Assembly: GCA_043228905.1 (NCBI GenBank)
Contig: JBHGNT010000002.1
Location: 24,490,001 to 24,554,000 of the forward strand
DNA from: Azolla caroliniana
Taxonomy: Eukaryota > Plantae > Polypodiophyta
Direction: 5' to 3'
Length of the DNA: 64,000 nucleotides
The stretch's first letter is position 1; each line of letters begins with the position of its first letter. The translations under genes and the position numbers were made by a program. Shown here piece by piece: positions 1 through 11,600 of this stretch. The notes under the pieces are model-generated. The model did no database searches and was not told where the DNA came from. It saw only the letters and a program-made list of their open reading frames with translations.

Positions 1-440
1 ATAGACATTAATGTAAAAGAGATAAATATAATTTATCTATCATGTAAGGGATTCAAATCTAATTGTATATGTTGGTAGCATTTTCTCTATAAACGTAGCA
101 TATAAAACAACATGAAAAAAAAAACTCTTAGCCCCAACATAGTGAGGAATTTATGACAAGGTAGACCCTCTAGATTGTTGTAAAATTAGTTGACATAAAC
201 GCACCTCCTCCAAGGACGAGGTGCTCATACAGCTTAAATTTGAAATTTGCCAAATTCAATTTCCGTTAAGCCTACATACATGTCATGATGTTTTATGAAC
301 ACCATCAAATAAGGACCCATTTCTCATATTCCAATTATACCACAAACCCTAATACCTAAGGTAGTCAAACATCTTCGAATGAAGAATTGTTGCGGTACCC
401 TTTGATTTAAAAATTTATTTTATCTGATGATAGGGGTGTT

Positions 441-2273
441 TTGCTTGGAAGTAGAGCGCAGTTACATTGGGCTGAATTGGATAATGGTATAGTTGCCACG
501 GTAGTCTCTTGGGGAAATTATGTTTGCCATCTTCATAATTTTCACCTTGATGCTTCCATGTGTAGGGGTTTTAGATCTATATTTGATGCAATTCAATTAT
601 CTTTTGGAATTTTCTCTTTAATTGGTCACCTTTTGTGCATGTTTGGTTTGGATACTTTACTCCATGGTGTTATTATAGGAGTAAAAGGAACAACGTCTCA
701 AGGAGATTGTTATTATTATGAAGTATTTGAGGAAGGAAGATTTTGGCAAGCTGGTGATGAAACTTCGATTTGGCAAACAACATTGCAACATCCAGTGAGA
801 GTGGTTGGTAAATCAAGTAAAACTTGGATGTTAGATCCTTCTTCTCTTGATAGTATGCTATTTTGCCAACTATGGGCATATAAAAAAACGTCGTCATTGG
901 ATCTGCATTGGGATCCATCAAATTATCTTTGGAAACATCCACATTATTCGCCTCAAACTAAATTTTTTCAATATTCTATGAAGTTCGGACGGAGTTGATC
1001 TTAAGTAAGAAATTGTATATGCCATTCGTTATGAAAGTATGGTTAGCAAATGGGGCCTCTTTAATGGGTGCATCTAAATAATTGGAAGTGGTTATGGAGT
1101 ATGCAAATTCCCAAGAAGATTGTACTTTTTCGTTGGTTATTGATGCATTATGTATTACCGGTTCCCGCCTGGTTACGACAAATACATTGCAAGCCGTGTG
1201 GATTTGGTTGTCACGGTTGTATGATGAAACCAATTAAGCATGTGTTGTGGTCTTGTCGTAAAATTACGCAAGTATGGAAGAGAGTTTTAAGGCTCTTGAT
1301 ATTGATACATGCTAATTGTGTGATCACTTGGGGTGTTGTTAGGTTGGGCATTCTAGAGGGACAACTATTGTTGTCTGAAAACGAGGATATAGTGGAAGCC
1401 TTTCACATAATTCCTCCCCATGTACAAATGGTTCAGCCTTTTTTGCTTGACAAGTTGCAAATTAGGGATGATATTATTTGGAAAACAATTTCATCTATTC
1501 TCATGTGGATGCATCTAAATAATTGGAAGTGGTTATGGAGTATGCAGATTCCGAAGAAGATCATATTTTTTCATTTGTTATTGATGCATTATGTATTACC
1601 AGTTCCGGCCTGGTTATGGCAAATACATTGCAAGCCGTGTGGATTTGGTTGTCACGGTTGTATGACGAAACCAATTAAGCATGTGTTGTGGTCTTGTCGT
1701 AAAATTACGCAAGTATGGAAGAGAGTTTTAAGGCTCTTGGTATTGATACATGCTAATTGTGTGATCACTTGGGGTGTTGTTAGGTTGGGCATTCTAGAGG
1801 GACAACTATTGTTGTATGAAAACGAGGATATAGTGGAAGCCTTTCACATAATTCCTCCTCATGTACAAATGGTTCAACCTTTTTTGTTTGACAAGTTGCA
1901 AATTAGGGATGATATTATTTGGAAAACAATTTCATCTATTCTCATGTGGGTGATTTGGACAACGCGATGTACATAAGTGTTTGACAATGTCACTCACGAT
2001 GCTTCTGTTATAATTGCTGAAATCTGGTTGTTGCTTATTCATACATTACGTGGTCAATACGAAAGTTTTATAGGCAATGTAGATGTTATTTTCAGGAAAC
2101 AAATGCATTTTAAAAGGTTATTGGATTCAATACTCATTTTTAGGGAAGACGGAGATCATAATATGGATGTATATTGTTCCTATCATTTTGTGAAACAATG
2201 TCTACTAACTTTGAGAGGACAAGGTCTGGTCAACGATATCTTCTTTAGTAGTTTGGGTATTGTGGAAGGCTAG
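441..2273 (+). mobile_element. Degenerate L1-like LINE, 3' part of ORF2 (zf-RVT region)
   Basis: Translation WKWLWSMQIPKKIVLFRWLLMHYVLP..C..C...IKHVLWSC resembles zf-RVT. It continues WVIWTTRC and EIWLLLIHTLRGQY, and is broken by stops and frameshifts. Confidence 0.8.
1069..1950 (+). repeat. Tandem duplication, 2 x 441 bp (in frame, 147 codons)
   Basis: CATCTAAATAATTGGAAG starts at 1071 and at 1512. The copies are nearly identical. Confidence 0.95.
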
Positions 2274-2319
2274 ATGTAAATGTGTATTTCACAAAGTAAA
2301 ATAGAATGCGGTTGAGTTA

Positions 2320-3010
2320 GTCATGGAGATATGGTTAATGCTCTTACATACTCTAAGAGGTCAATATGAAGCAATAACCAATGAGCCTAAGGTTGTGATT
2401 AACAATCGGCAACGGTTCGGTTCGGTTTGAGAGGGCCCAAACCGTTTAAATTTTTTGAAACCTGAACCAAACCGAGAAACAGTTAAACCAAACCGTTAAA
2501 CATTTTTCAAACCGTAAAAACCGCGGTTTCGGTTTTCAACATAGGTCAAATTTTTAATTTTTAAAATTTATAATATTTCATTATTTAGAATTTTTCCAAT
2601 TTTTAAGATGTTCCTAAAATGTGAGAATAAGGTGTAAAAATGAAAAGATTGTTAAAGAACAATTTTTTAAAAAATTTATAATTGTTTTATAATTTTTTTA
2701 AAAAAATTTAAAAAGAAAAAAGAAAAAAAAGAAACCGTTAAACCATTTAAACCGCGGTTTTTTATTGTTGAAACCAAACCGGAACCGAACCAAACCGTTT
2801 AGAAAAACCTAAACCTGAACCGAACCGTTGAAACCGTTAAACCGCGGTTTCGCGGTTCGGTTCGGTTCAAACCTAACCGTTGCCAATTGTTAGTTGTGAT
2901 TCGTAAACAACAACAATTTCGAGAAATTTGGAAAAAGGCAGAGGTCTTCACCTCTTTTGGAGAGAGAATAAAGTGGAGATATGCTCCACCAAGTTGGCTT
3001 TTTCTAGACC
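2320..3010 (+). mobile_element. Second LINE ORF2 3'-end fragment, split by a MITE
   Basis: Reads MEIWLMLLHTLRGQYEAITNEPKVV|IRKQQQFREIWKKAEVF..KWRYAPPSWLF once the MITE and one TSD are removed. Paralogous to ORF 1977..2273. Confidence 0.7.
2400..2892. mobile_element. hAT-type MITE
   Basis: 18-bp TIRs TAACAAT(C/T)GGCAACGGTT, 8-bp TSD GTTGTGAT (2392-2399 and 2893-2900), and many subterminal AAACCG/CGGTTT motifs. Confidence 0.92.
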
Positions 3011-3159
3011 CCGTCTTGAAACGACCATACATGAGGGCTTTTGATACTTGACATGTTGGTTGATGTGGGGATGATGGTTATAATTTATTGTATGAATTCG
3101 TTGTAGCCTTTAAGCATCTTTCCATTTACCAAGATGAATCTTCATTTATTTTTTTAAAA

Positions 3160-3380
3160 CTTTGTTTATGGATTCTATTGCTACAAATGATGGTGGTATA
3201 GGCTACATTGCATGTTCATGAGGAGTAGATTACAATAATCATGGAGATATGGTATACAAATATGTGTGGTTATTGTATATACACATAAAATCGGCCATGA
3301 TGTGAGTACAAGGGGATCGGTTGGTATATTCGTTTATCCAATACAACTTTTGTCTTTCTTATGATTTTATAAAACCAAGG
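3160..3380. repeat. Dispersed repeat with an inverted copy at about 42648-42880
   Basis: CAACTTTTGTCTTTCTTATGATTTTATAAAACCAAGG here matches the reverse complement of CCTTGGTATTATAAAATCATAAGAAACACAAAAGTTG at about 42648. Similarity extends about 220 bp. Confidence 0.75.
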
Positions 3381-3609
3381 TGTAACTTTTTGTATAATAA
3401 TAATAATAACGGTAGTCAAACATTGCCTAATGAAGCGGGGAAATATAGCTTTGGTCACACATCATGTGAGGTCTCATGTAAGTGAAACCTTCACCACCAA
3501 TCAATAGACTTATGATAGACGTTATTTGTGTACACCACAATAGCATTAATTTATTAATCCAAGCTTTCCATGGACCCTTTGAACCCTTGGGGAGGAGAGT
3601 AAACCCCAT

Positions 3610-4020
3610 AGTAAGAGAATTTTTTAAAACCTTTGACATTGTGCCACATGTTTGGCTTATGCCCTTGCAATCCCTATAGATATTCATTGGGATATCTATG
3701 TATTATATGAATCCATGTCAAGAAAAATAAAGTCTCTTAATTTGGTTTGTCTGAGGTTGTGACTAAGGCAATTGGAGTAAAACAAGGATGCCAACTATCA
3801 CCCACTCTCTTTAGTCTCGACTCTCTATATCGATGAGGTATCACATTACATAGAGAGGTTCGAGGTTCATGAGCATGCCTAAGGGGTACATCCATACAAA
3901 TAAATACTATACGTTGATGATATTGTGTTGGTTTCCAACTCTCCGAATAGGCTAAAAAGACATTTAAACACCTTAAAAGTATTTTATATAGACAAAAGTT
4001 TGTCGAAAAACGAGGAGAAA
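3610..4020 (+). mobile_element. Non-LTR reverse transcriptase remnant
   Basis: Decayed motifs FKTFDIVP, IGVKQGCQLSPTLF and YVDDIVLVS. Confidence 0.7.
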
Positions 4021-4381
4021 ACTACAATGTGGTGTTTAACACCGCTCAAGCATGAGTAACAACCTCATAACCAAACTTCTTCTTGAAAGGGGAAAGGGGC
4101 ACACATTATAAAGTCACCAACAACAACAAAATACATGAAGCTCAAGAAGACACTAGGAAAAGGGGGATAGAATAAATATCACTAGAAAGCTTGTAGCAAA
4201 ATGGCACCCTAGTGTCAAAGAAGCCCAACTTCATTGTAAGAAGCTATAAAAGTGTTCTTCGTCCTTCTTTGCTCTCTCCTTTTCTTTATTGTAATAGAGC
4301 TCTTACTCTCTCCTCTTAATCTTTCATTAGACCTAAATAGTTTAGTAGTTAAGCCTAAATTACTCTAACTCTTGCATGTGT

Positions 4382-4551
4382 TGCATAGCTTGTAGATTGT
4401 GCTCCATTTGTTCCTTATATGATATCATTTGTTTCATCAGATGTTGGTAGTAGCTTTTGTATTACAATAGAGGTGAGATGAAATGTCTCCTTCTGTTTTC
4501 TATATGTACATTTCTCAAGTAATATACTAAGGTGTCTTTCTTGAAAAAAAA
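4382..4551 (+). mobile_element. 5'-truncated LINE 3'UTR with poly(A)
   Basis: 15-bp TSD AACTCTTGCATGTGT (4367-4381 and 4552-4566) and an A-tail. Homologous to 42088-42232 on the minus strand. Confidence 0.85.
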
Positions 4552-6153
4552 AACTCTTGCATGTGTACCAAACTCTCTTTGATAATAAGAAGTGGTGTAC
4601 TATTTATCTCTTTCTCTTCTTTAGTGTGCATTGTCTATTCTTTACTTCTATTAAGTGAGGGATTAACATGAGGGAGAGCAAGTGCAAGCACTACAACCTA
4701 AGGTTATCAAGGCTAGAAGCTTGAGGGTGACCGACAACCACTCTTGCTTGGTTCACCACCAATAGGGTAAATGCTAGCCCGGATCCTTGGCCCAACAATA
4801 TCAACAGAAGGGAAAACTCCATCAATTCATAGACATGCTCGGTGCGCACAACCTCGAAGTAACATTCATAGGGCCTAGGTTCTCCTTACAAGAGGTTGCT
4901 TGTGCTTGACTTTCTTGTGATATGCAACCCTTGGTGCTCGTGAAAGATAGTGTGCACATTTGTAGTTTCAAAGGCCATGAACTAAAGTATAGCCAGTTGA
5001 TACACTTTGTCACCAATTCTTTGATATGAAGTAGAAAATTGAGGAAGGAGTCTTAATGAGGCAAATTACTAGAAAATTTTATAGAGACTGTTCGTCTGGA
5101 TGATTACATGCATGATGAGGAATGCATTTTTGCCCCAAGATATAATCTGAGTAGAGATGGAAACAACCCCTATAATCATCAAGGCATTATTCCTAAAGTT
5201 CATTGAATGTCATTCGGTGTATGGAATGTTAGCTTCGGTCAAAGTGGCAGATTAGACTCCTACATCCATAACTTATTACCTAGTGATTGAATTCGTGTTC
5301 CAAAAATTGATGTAAATTTGTACCCCATTCTAAGATTCTTGACCTAAAAATTGCATAAGGATCCTTGTTCTATCACAAGTTACACCCACAATAGGATTAA
5401 CAAAAATAATTTTATATGGATATTCAAAATAACATATTACATTTATAGTTTAAAACTTGAATCAAATACAATGAGATGGAACCTCGACTCTGTTACATGG
5501 AGTGGCTTATTTGGCAACAAGTAGGTAAAATAGAAGATTAATTCAATAAAAAGACATTTCTCAAGGAGATCCTCGAGTTATGGTTTAGTAGACCTATGAA
5601 CACGACTTTGTCATCTTTTATCAACGCCAGTCTTTAACACCCTTTTGATTTGCAACCATAAGCTCAAGTAATGTCTTGGCCATAGATTGACATATACGTG
5701 ATATTCTTATTTGAGAATAAGAAATGGCCAAAGAATATTGTGGTGTGCATGTGTTCCTTTGTGCCACCCTTTTAGCACACCCTTTTTAGGACCTAAGCCG
5801 ACCCACCTTTTTAGCTAAGCCAACCCAAATGGGTACCTTTGTATCAACTATAAATTGAGTTAGAAGTAAGACGCTAACTAGGCATGTGCATTTCACATAT
5901 TGGTGGAAATGTGGGGTACCAGTTCCCCACATCCAAGCATCCACCTCTTCCCCCTCACCTTAGGTTGCCACTAACTTCTTGTCCCATGAGTATCTCTAAT
6001 ACCCCTCCTACACGATAGCCCTCCTGTCCCCCACCTCAGCCAAGTTCAAGTGGCCCTCAGTCCATAGCCCGTCCAACTATCAGGGTGGACAGTTCCACAG
6101 GGATGTCCTCAACGTCATTGCAGCTCAACTCGGTGTCCAACAAAGGTTTACAT

Positions 6154-7335
6154 TGTCGTGAAGATTTTCAGCAATGGTGTGAAAATCACATAAAACGTAC
6201 AAAATCAAGTGTCAATCATATAAAACAATAATAGTGAATATATTAATTCTAAGTAAGTTTAATATCTTAGTATAAAAGACGAAGATCTTGAAGAGGTGCA
6301 CTTTACTACATAAGAAACGAACATCTAAGTGTCAACTTATGTGGGTAAGAAGTTGCGAAAGAAAAAGAGAAATTTATGAGATATCGCACATAGACAGGAT
6401 GAATAAGGCTCTCACCATATATAATGTAGAGCAAAAGTTATTATCTTTGTGTCTATGTGTAGAGAATAGAGAGTTCAAGGTAACTTGAACTAAGAGTGGA
6501 GGTGGCCTTGCCACTCGTAAAGGTTTTGGCCAACCAAAACGGGAACTGGACGATAACCGATGATCAGCATGCGTCTACGGCAACGGAGCCGGTGACCCGA
6601 CAAAATCAGAATCTGACAAAGCCGACGAGGCGACAACTAGATAAATAAATATATACATATACATATACATATACAAGGAAGACAAGTAAGGATTCAAACC
6701 CTGCACCTCCAAGTTAAGAGTCAATTGGCTTACCACTAACCCAAGATATTTAGCTGAATATATATATACATATACAAGGAAGACAAGTAAGGATTCAAAC
6801 CCTACACCTCCAAGTTATGAGTCAATTGGCTTACCACTAAGCCAAGATATTTAGTTAAATTATATTTCTATCATTGTACGTTTACATATAAATTCTCATA
6901 CATGAGAGCTAAAATGAGTGACATGGTTATCATGCACCACATGTAATACATGAGCGCCAAATGGCAAACATACATTTTATGCATGTCTTGAACCCTAAAA
7001 TACATGAGGGCATCTATAAAAGAGGGAATGAAAAAAGATCAATGGGGGATTTTCTTGGGAGAAAAGAAAGCTTTGTACTTTAAATCAAAATTAATATTAA
7101 GAAGAAAATTCGTTATCCTTTTGATGATATACCTTGTTCTTGAAATCTAAAGTCAAGAGTTCTTAATCTCTCTCTCAATCTAAAATTAAGCGTTCTATCT
7201 TATCTCAATCTCTCTCTCTTTCAATCTATCTTAATTCCTTTCCCGCTAAAGCTTGTGCAAACTTCGAGTCCTTCCGGTCCAGAACCCCGGCGATTCCGCC
7301 TCGCGATCCGCGCCTAGTGACAGATCTTCACGACA
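6154..7335. mobile_element. Solo LTR (or TIR element) nested in the integrase remnant
   Basis: Ends are TGTCGTGAAGAT and ATCTTCACGACA (12-bp inverted). 4-bp TSD ACAT (6150-6153 and 7336-7339). Confidence 0.8.
6660..6860 (-). repeat. 2 x 101-bp tandem repeat containing a tRNA-like A/B-box unit
   Basis: TACAAGGAAGACAAGTAAGG at 6672 and 6773. The minus strand reads TGG(G/C)TTAGTGG...GGTTTGAATCC. Confidence 0.75.
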
Positions 7336-8214
7336 ACATCCCATACCATCATCAGACAAATGGCCTCACCGAACGCCTCAATAAGACCCTCAAGAAGGGG
7401 ATTGTCGCTTACATTGATCCATGTCACAAAACCTGGGATCAAATCTTGCCTTTCATCACCCACACCTACAATACATTTGTATAAGCGTTGACGTGGATCA
7501 ATCCTTTTTTATCACTCTATTGTCATAACCCTCGCCTCCCACCAGAATCATCCATTGATGTCCATTCGAAACCTGCCACCATGGATAATGCCACTTGGGA
7601 GCCCTATCTCCAACAAATGTTCCTGCTCCTTCGACAAGCCATTGGTCCTGTTCCTACTCCTCGGTCTCTTGTTTCTCTCAGGGGGGAAATGTGGTGTGCA
7701 TGTGTTCCTTTGTGCCACCCTTTTAGCACACCCTTTTTAGCTAAACCAACCCAAATGGGTACCTTTGTATCAACTATATAAATTGACTACGAAGTAAGAA
7801 GCTAACTAGGCCGGTTTTGATCTCTTATGTGCATTTCACAATATTATAAAACCTTTCGTTTTGCAAAATAAATTTACATAATAAAAATTAATTAATTCAC
7901 TAAAAAAAGATCACTCATTAATAGAAATATGAAAGGTATTCAAAATCACACCAACATATGAAAAGTTGTGATTAAAGAGTTTATGAACCATTATATTCTA
8001 ATTCTTACTTCTAAGTAACACTTCTAAATTTAAGAGTATATGCACTATCATCTTCATCACCCATATCTTCAAGCTCAACAAAAATATCCACATGAACTTC
8101 ATCATTGATTCATTTCAAATCAATAGCTTGGTTTTGCATTCTCAAAAGCCTCTCATCATCTTCTTCTTTGTTGATCATATGCATTCATCATTGTTCGTTT
8201 ACGCGCTAGGTATG

Positions 8215-8388
8215 TTTTAAAAAATAAAACAAATACTTTTACATCTATTCATATGCATTCATGGGGGAGGCCCTACGAATGTGAATATGTCAATCTATGG
8301 TAATTTTTAAAAAATAAAATGAATACTTTACATCTATTTGTATGCATTTGTGGGGGGGCCTACGAATGTGAATATGTCAATCTATGGT
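8215..8388. repeat. 2 x ~89-bp tandem duplication downstream of BCAT
   Basis: CCTACGAATGTGAATATGTCAATCTATGGT occurs twice. Confidence 0.85.
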
Positions 8389-8683
8389 CTAGACAATGCT
8401 TCTGCCTTGTACCCAAAATCACCCTCCACAATTAGCTTCTTTCTCCATTGATTTAATAAGCATTAGGGCCCAACCCATAAAACAATTGTAAATGTTGGCA
8501 TGGAAGAAACAATTATTATTGGTCACTACTTGAATAGGATAACTTAAATTTTGGTTATGATGTTGCAAAAGGTTTACCTTTATTCTTACATATTCGCATT
8601 AAGAAGTAAAATTTTATCTCCCTTTTCTGAATCTATTTAATGTGCAGTTTAGGGTTTACCACTTTACCATCTACAAAAAGAGT

Positions 8684-11600
8684 TTATATCTTCATCATCC
8701 ACCCCATTAAATCATTTGATTTGCCCATCTGGATGCTAGTTAATGCCTCATACAATTCCTGTGAGATTTTGCCCAATCCTTCATTTGCATAATGTAATCT
8801 GCATTCATATAAGCAAAAAGAAATACTCTTGACAATGCTTCATTTGTGTGATGTTTACATAATATTGAAAATTCACTGAGAATATGTCAATACCTTTCTC
8901 CGTGGAGTAAAATACTACCAACAGGAGAGACAACAACCGCTGTTCCTGTGCAGAACACTTCATCTGCATCGCGAACTTCATTCACATCAATTGATCTCTC
9001 GTCAACCTAACATTTTAACTTGTAAATGAGCTGTGAAGGAATAGATATCAGCATTATAAGAGTTTTCTTTGTTTCAAGCCAAATGGTGTACAAGAATTGT
9101 CTTCACCTCATAGCCTCGACTAATCGCCAGTTCGATGATGCTTTTCCTGGTTATACCAGGGAGTATAGTACCTTTCAGTTCTGGAGTAGCCAACTGATTT
9201 CCCTGGATTGACATATAACAGGTTGATTAACCAAAACCAATCAATCAAAACTGCAAAAATCATGCAAGGTAAAACAAAAGGTGCCGATAAGAAAAACAAC
9301 ACCTTCACAATGAAAATATTGCAGGAGGACACTTGTTCTAGGTATTTGTTCTCTAACGCATCTAGGTATATAACATCAGAAAGACCTTCTTGTTTTGCAG
9401 AACGCTGTGTTTTCAATACCTGTGCCCGTTTCTCATCTAATCATTGTAAGTATATTGCAATCTAATGAAGATATATGATTTCATTGTTGAAATATTATTA
9501 CAGTTACTGCAGTTTTCTTCTACTTACAGGTGCATAATTGCCCACAGTTTTCACTCCTCCTGTCCCTCCGGGTGTTGCCCGGTGGTAAGTATCTTCAACC
9601 TTCAAATGAATAGGTGAAAGGCCTTCCTGGAAGATATAAAAAAACTTAAGGCTATATATCCAAATCAAACTAGCATTATTACACAATATAAATTGAAAAA
9701 CAGTAACTTAGAAGGCAAAGTGTTGAACTACTATTGCACAGAAGTTTATAATTGTTTGATATTGATGCACTTCACCCCTTAATTTTGGTTATTTGGCATC
9801 TAAATTCTCAACAAACCATGAAATAGCCAAAAAAATTCAGAGATACACAATAAATCAAAACATTCAAAAATGCACAATAAATCATTAGAAGGGAACAAAA
9901 CATTCAGAACGGCACAAAGATATATATTTTAAATTTAGAAATGACAAAGATCTCTGCCACACAAGCAGTCATACACTAAACATAATATCATCCATTCCTT
10001 TTATAGGACCATTTCTTTTGCTGAGTAGTGTAATTATATGTTGTAGGGTGCAATGTTTTAGCATCCAGCAAAACAAACAATACCTTGAAATAAGTGCCAA
10101 CTGGGGCTACAAAAATCACAAAAGTATACTCTGGGGCAGGTGCCACTCCAAGAACTACACCGGACCCCATAAGCAGAGGGCGAATATAGAGAGATCCCTT
10201 CCCAGGTGGAGGAATCTGTAAAATAATGACTGAAAGAGTTACTGTTCACTTCAAATAAGAAATTATTGAGCATATAAGCACTCTGACACACTAAGTAAGA
10301 GAAGGGAAATATTCTGAAATCCCCAAGATTTTCTTGAATTTCCTCAAATGTTCTTTTTCAACCGCCAAATGAGCATTTATATGCTGTTTAAGAAATCATA
10401 TGTGCTGATTAATTCATTCCCTTCTTTCAGGGTCGAACAAAGGCATTGGGGGAAATAACAAAAGATGAGGGGTATCAGAGAATAAAGAAGAACTCCATGG
10501 AATTGTCAGAGTTTTCCAATAAAATATACACACCCAACGCTTATTGGCCAACACAGTTTGCTTCACGGCTTGCACAAATTGATCAACTGAAGGAGCAGGC
10601 ATGCATAACCTCTCTGCTCCTTCAATCATTCTCATCGCATTCTCCTCTGGACGGAATAATAAGATTTGTTCGTCTTCAGTACGATAAGCTTTGAGGCCTT
10701 CAAAAAGACCCTAAAAAAAAGTAAAATAGAAATATCAAAATATTAAAAATAAAAAGATGTATTGTGGCATTAGAAAAAATATTTCTTTTTTGTAAAAACC
10801 TGTCCATAGCTCAGAATACCAGCAGACGGGCTCAGATTCAGGGGACCAAATGGTTGTATATCTCCTTTCTCCCATTCACCATCCGAGCCACATTGTGACA
10901 CAAACATGAAATCGGTTTCATGGTAGCCAAATCCCAAACTGTCCCAGTCAATTTGTGGCTGAGAATCCTTTTCCCTGATCCCAGTAGTCTAATTTACTAA
11001 CATTATCTACTATCAATCCCCTTCATGTCATTAGATTCTACACATAATGCCACTTTACATAGCAGATAACAAATGCCATTCTCAGTAAAATAAGTTCATA
11101 ATATTGCAGTAAGAGCCACTCTAACTAGTTTAGTCCCCAAACCAAAACACCAAGCTGCATTTCGACTGATATAGAACTGAGAGCTATTATTGGAAATTTG
11201 TCAACGTGAATGAAGAAGAAAATTCCTTTCCAACTGCATGAGCTGGGCGGCATTTCCATTCAAAATCAAGACCATGGCCCAATGGAGTTAGTTGAATCGG
11301 TAATCAAGGTTGGAAAGATATCATAAACCATATGGAGACAAGAGAGGCCATGGATGAAAGGGATGGCATGATGTCTGCTAATCATAGTAGGTTCTAACAC
11401 AAAGATATGACTATGGCTTCTTCACAGCAGACTCACCATGCTGAAAATGACCTAACCTTTTGCACTTAAATAAACATTGGGAGAAGAAGAAAACTAAACT
11501 TTATTAGGCACACAGAGTCCAAATTAAAGAATATATTCCAACAAGTTCACAACCTGCGCACCTTCAAGGAATCATGCAATCTTGTCAAAAGCAATGACAC

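Larger units (their letters stand above)
5739..7840 (+). mobile_element. Internally deleted Ty3/gypsy LTR element with about 150-bp LTRs
   Basis: TG..CA LTRs at 5739-5897 and 7690-7840, 4-bp TSD ATAT, PBS-like TGGTGGAAATGTGGGGTA, PPT AGGGGGGAAA, and integrase remnant QGGQF..LGVQQRFT|PYHHQTNGLTERLNKTL..WDQILPF. Confidence 0.85.
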
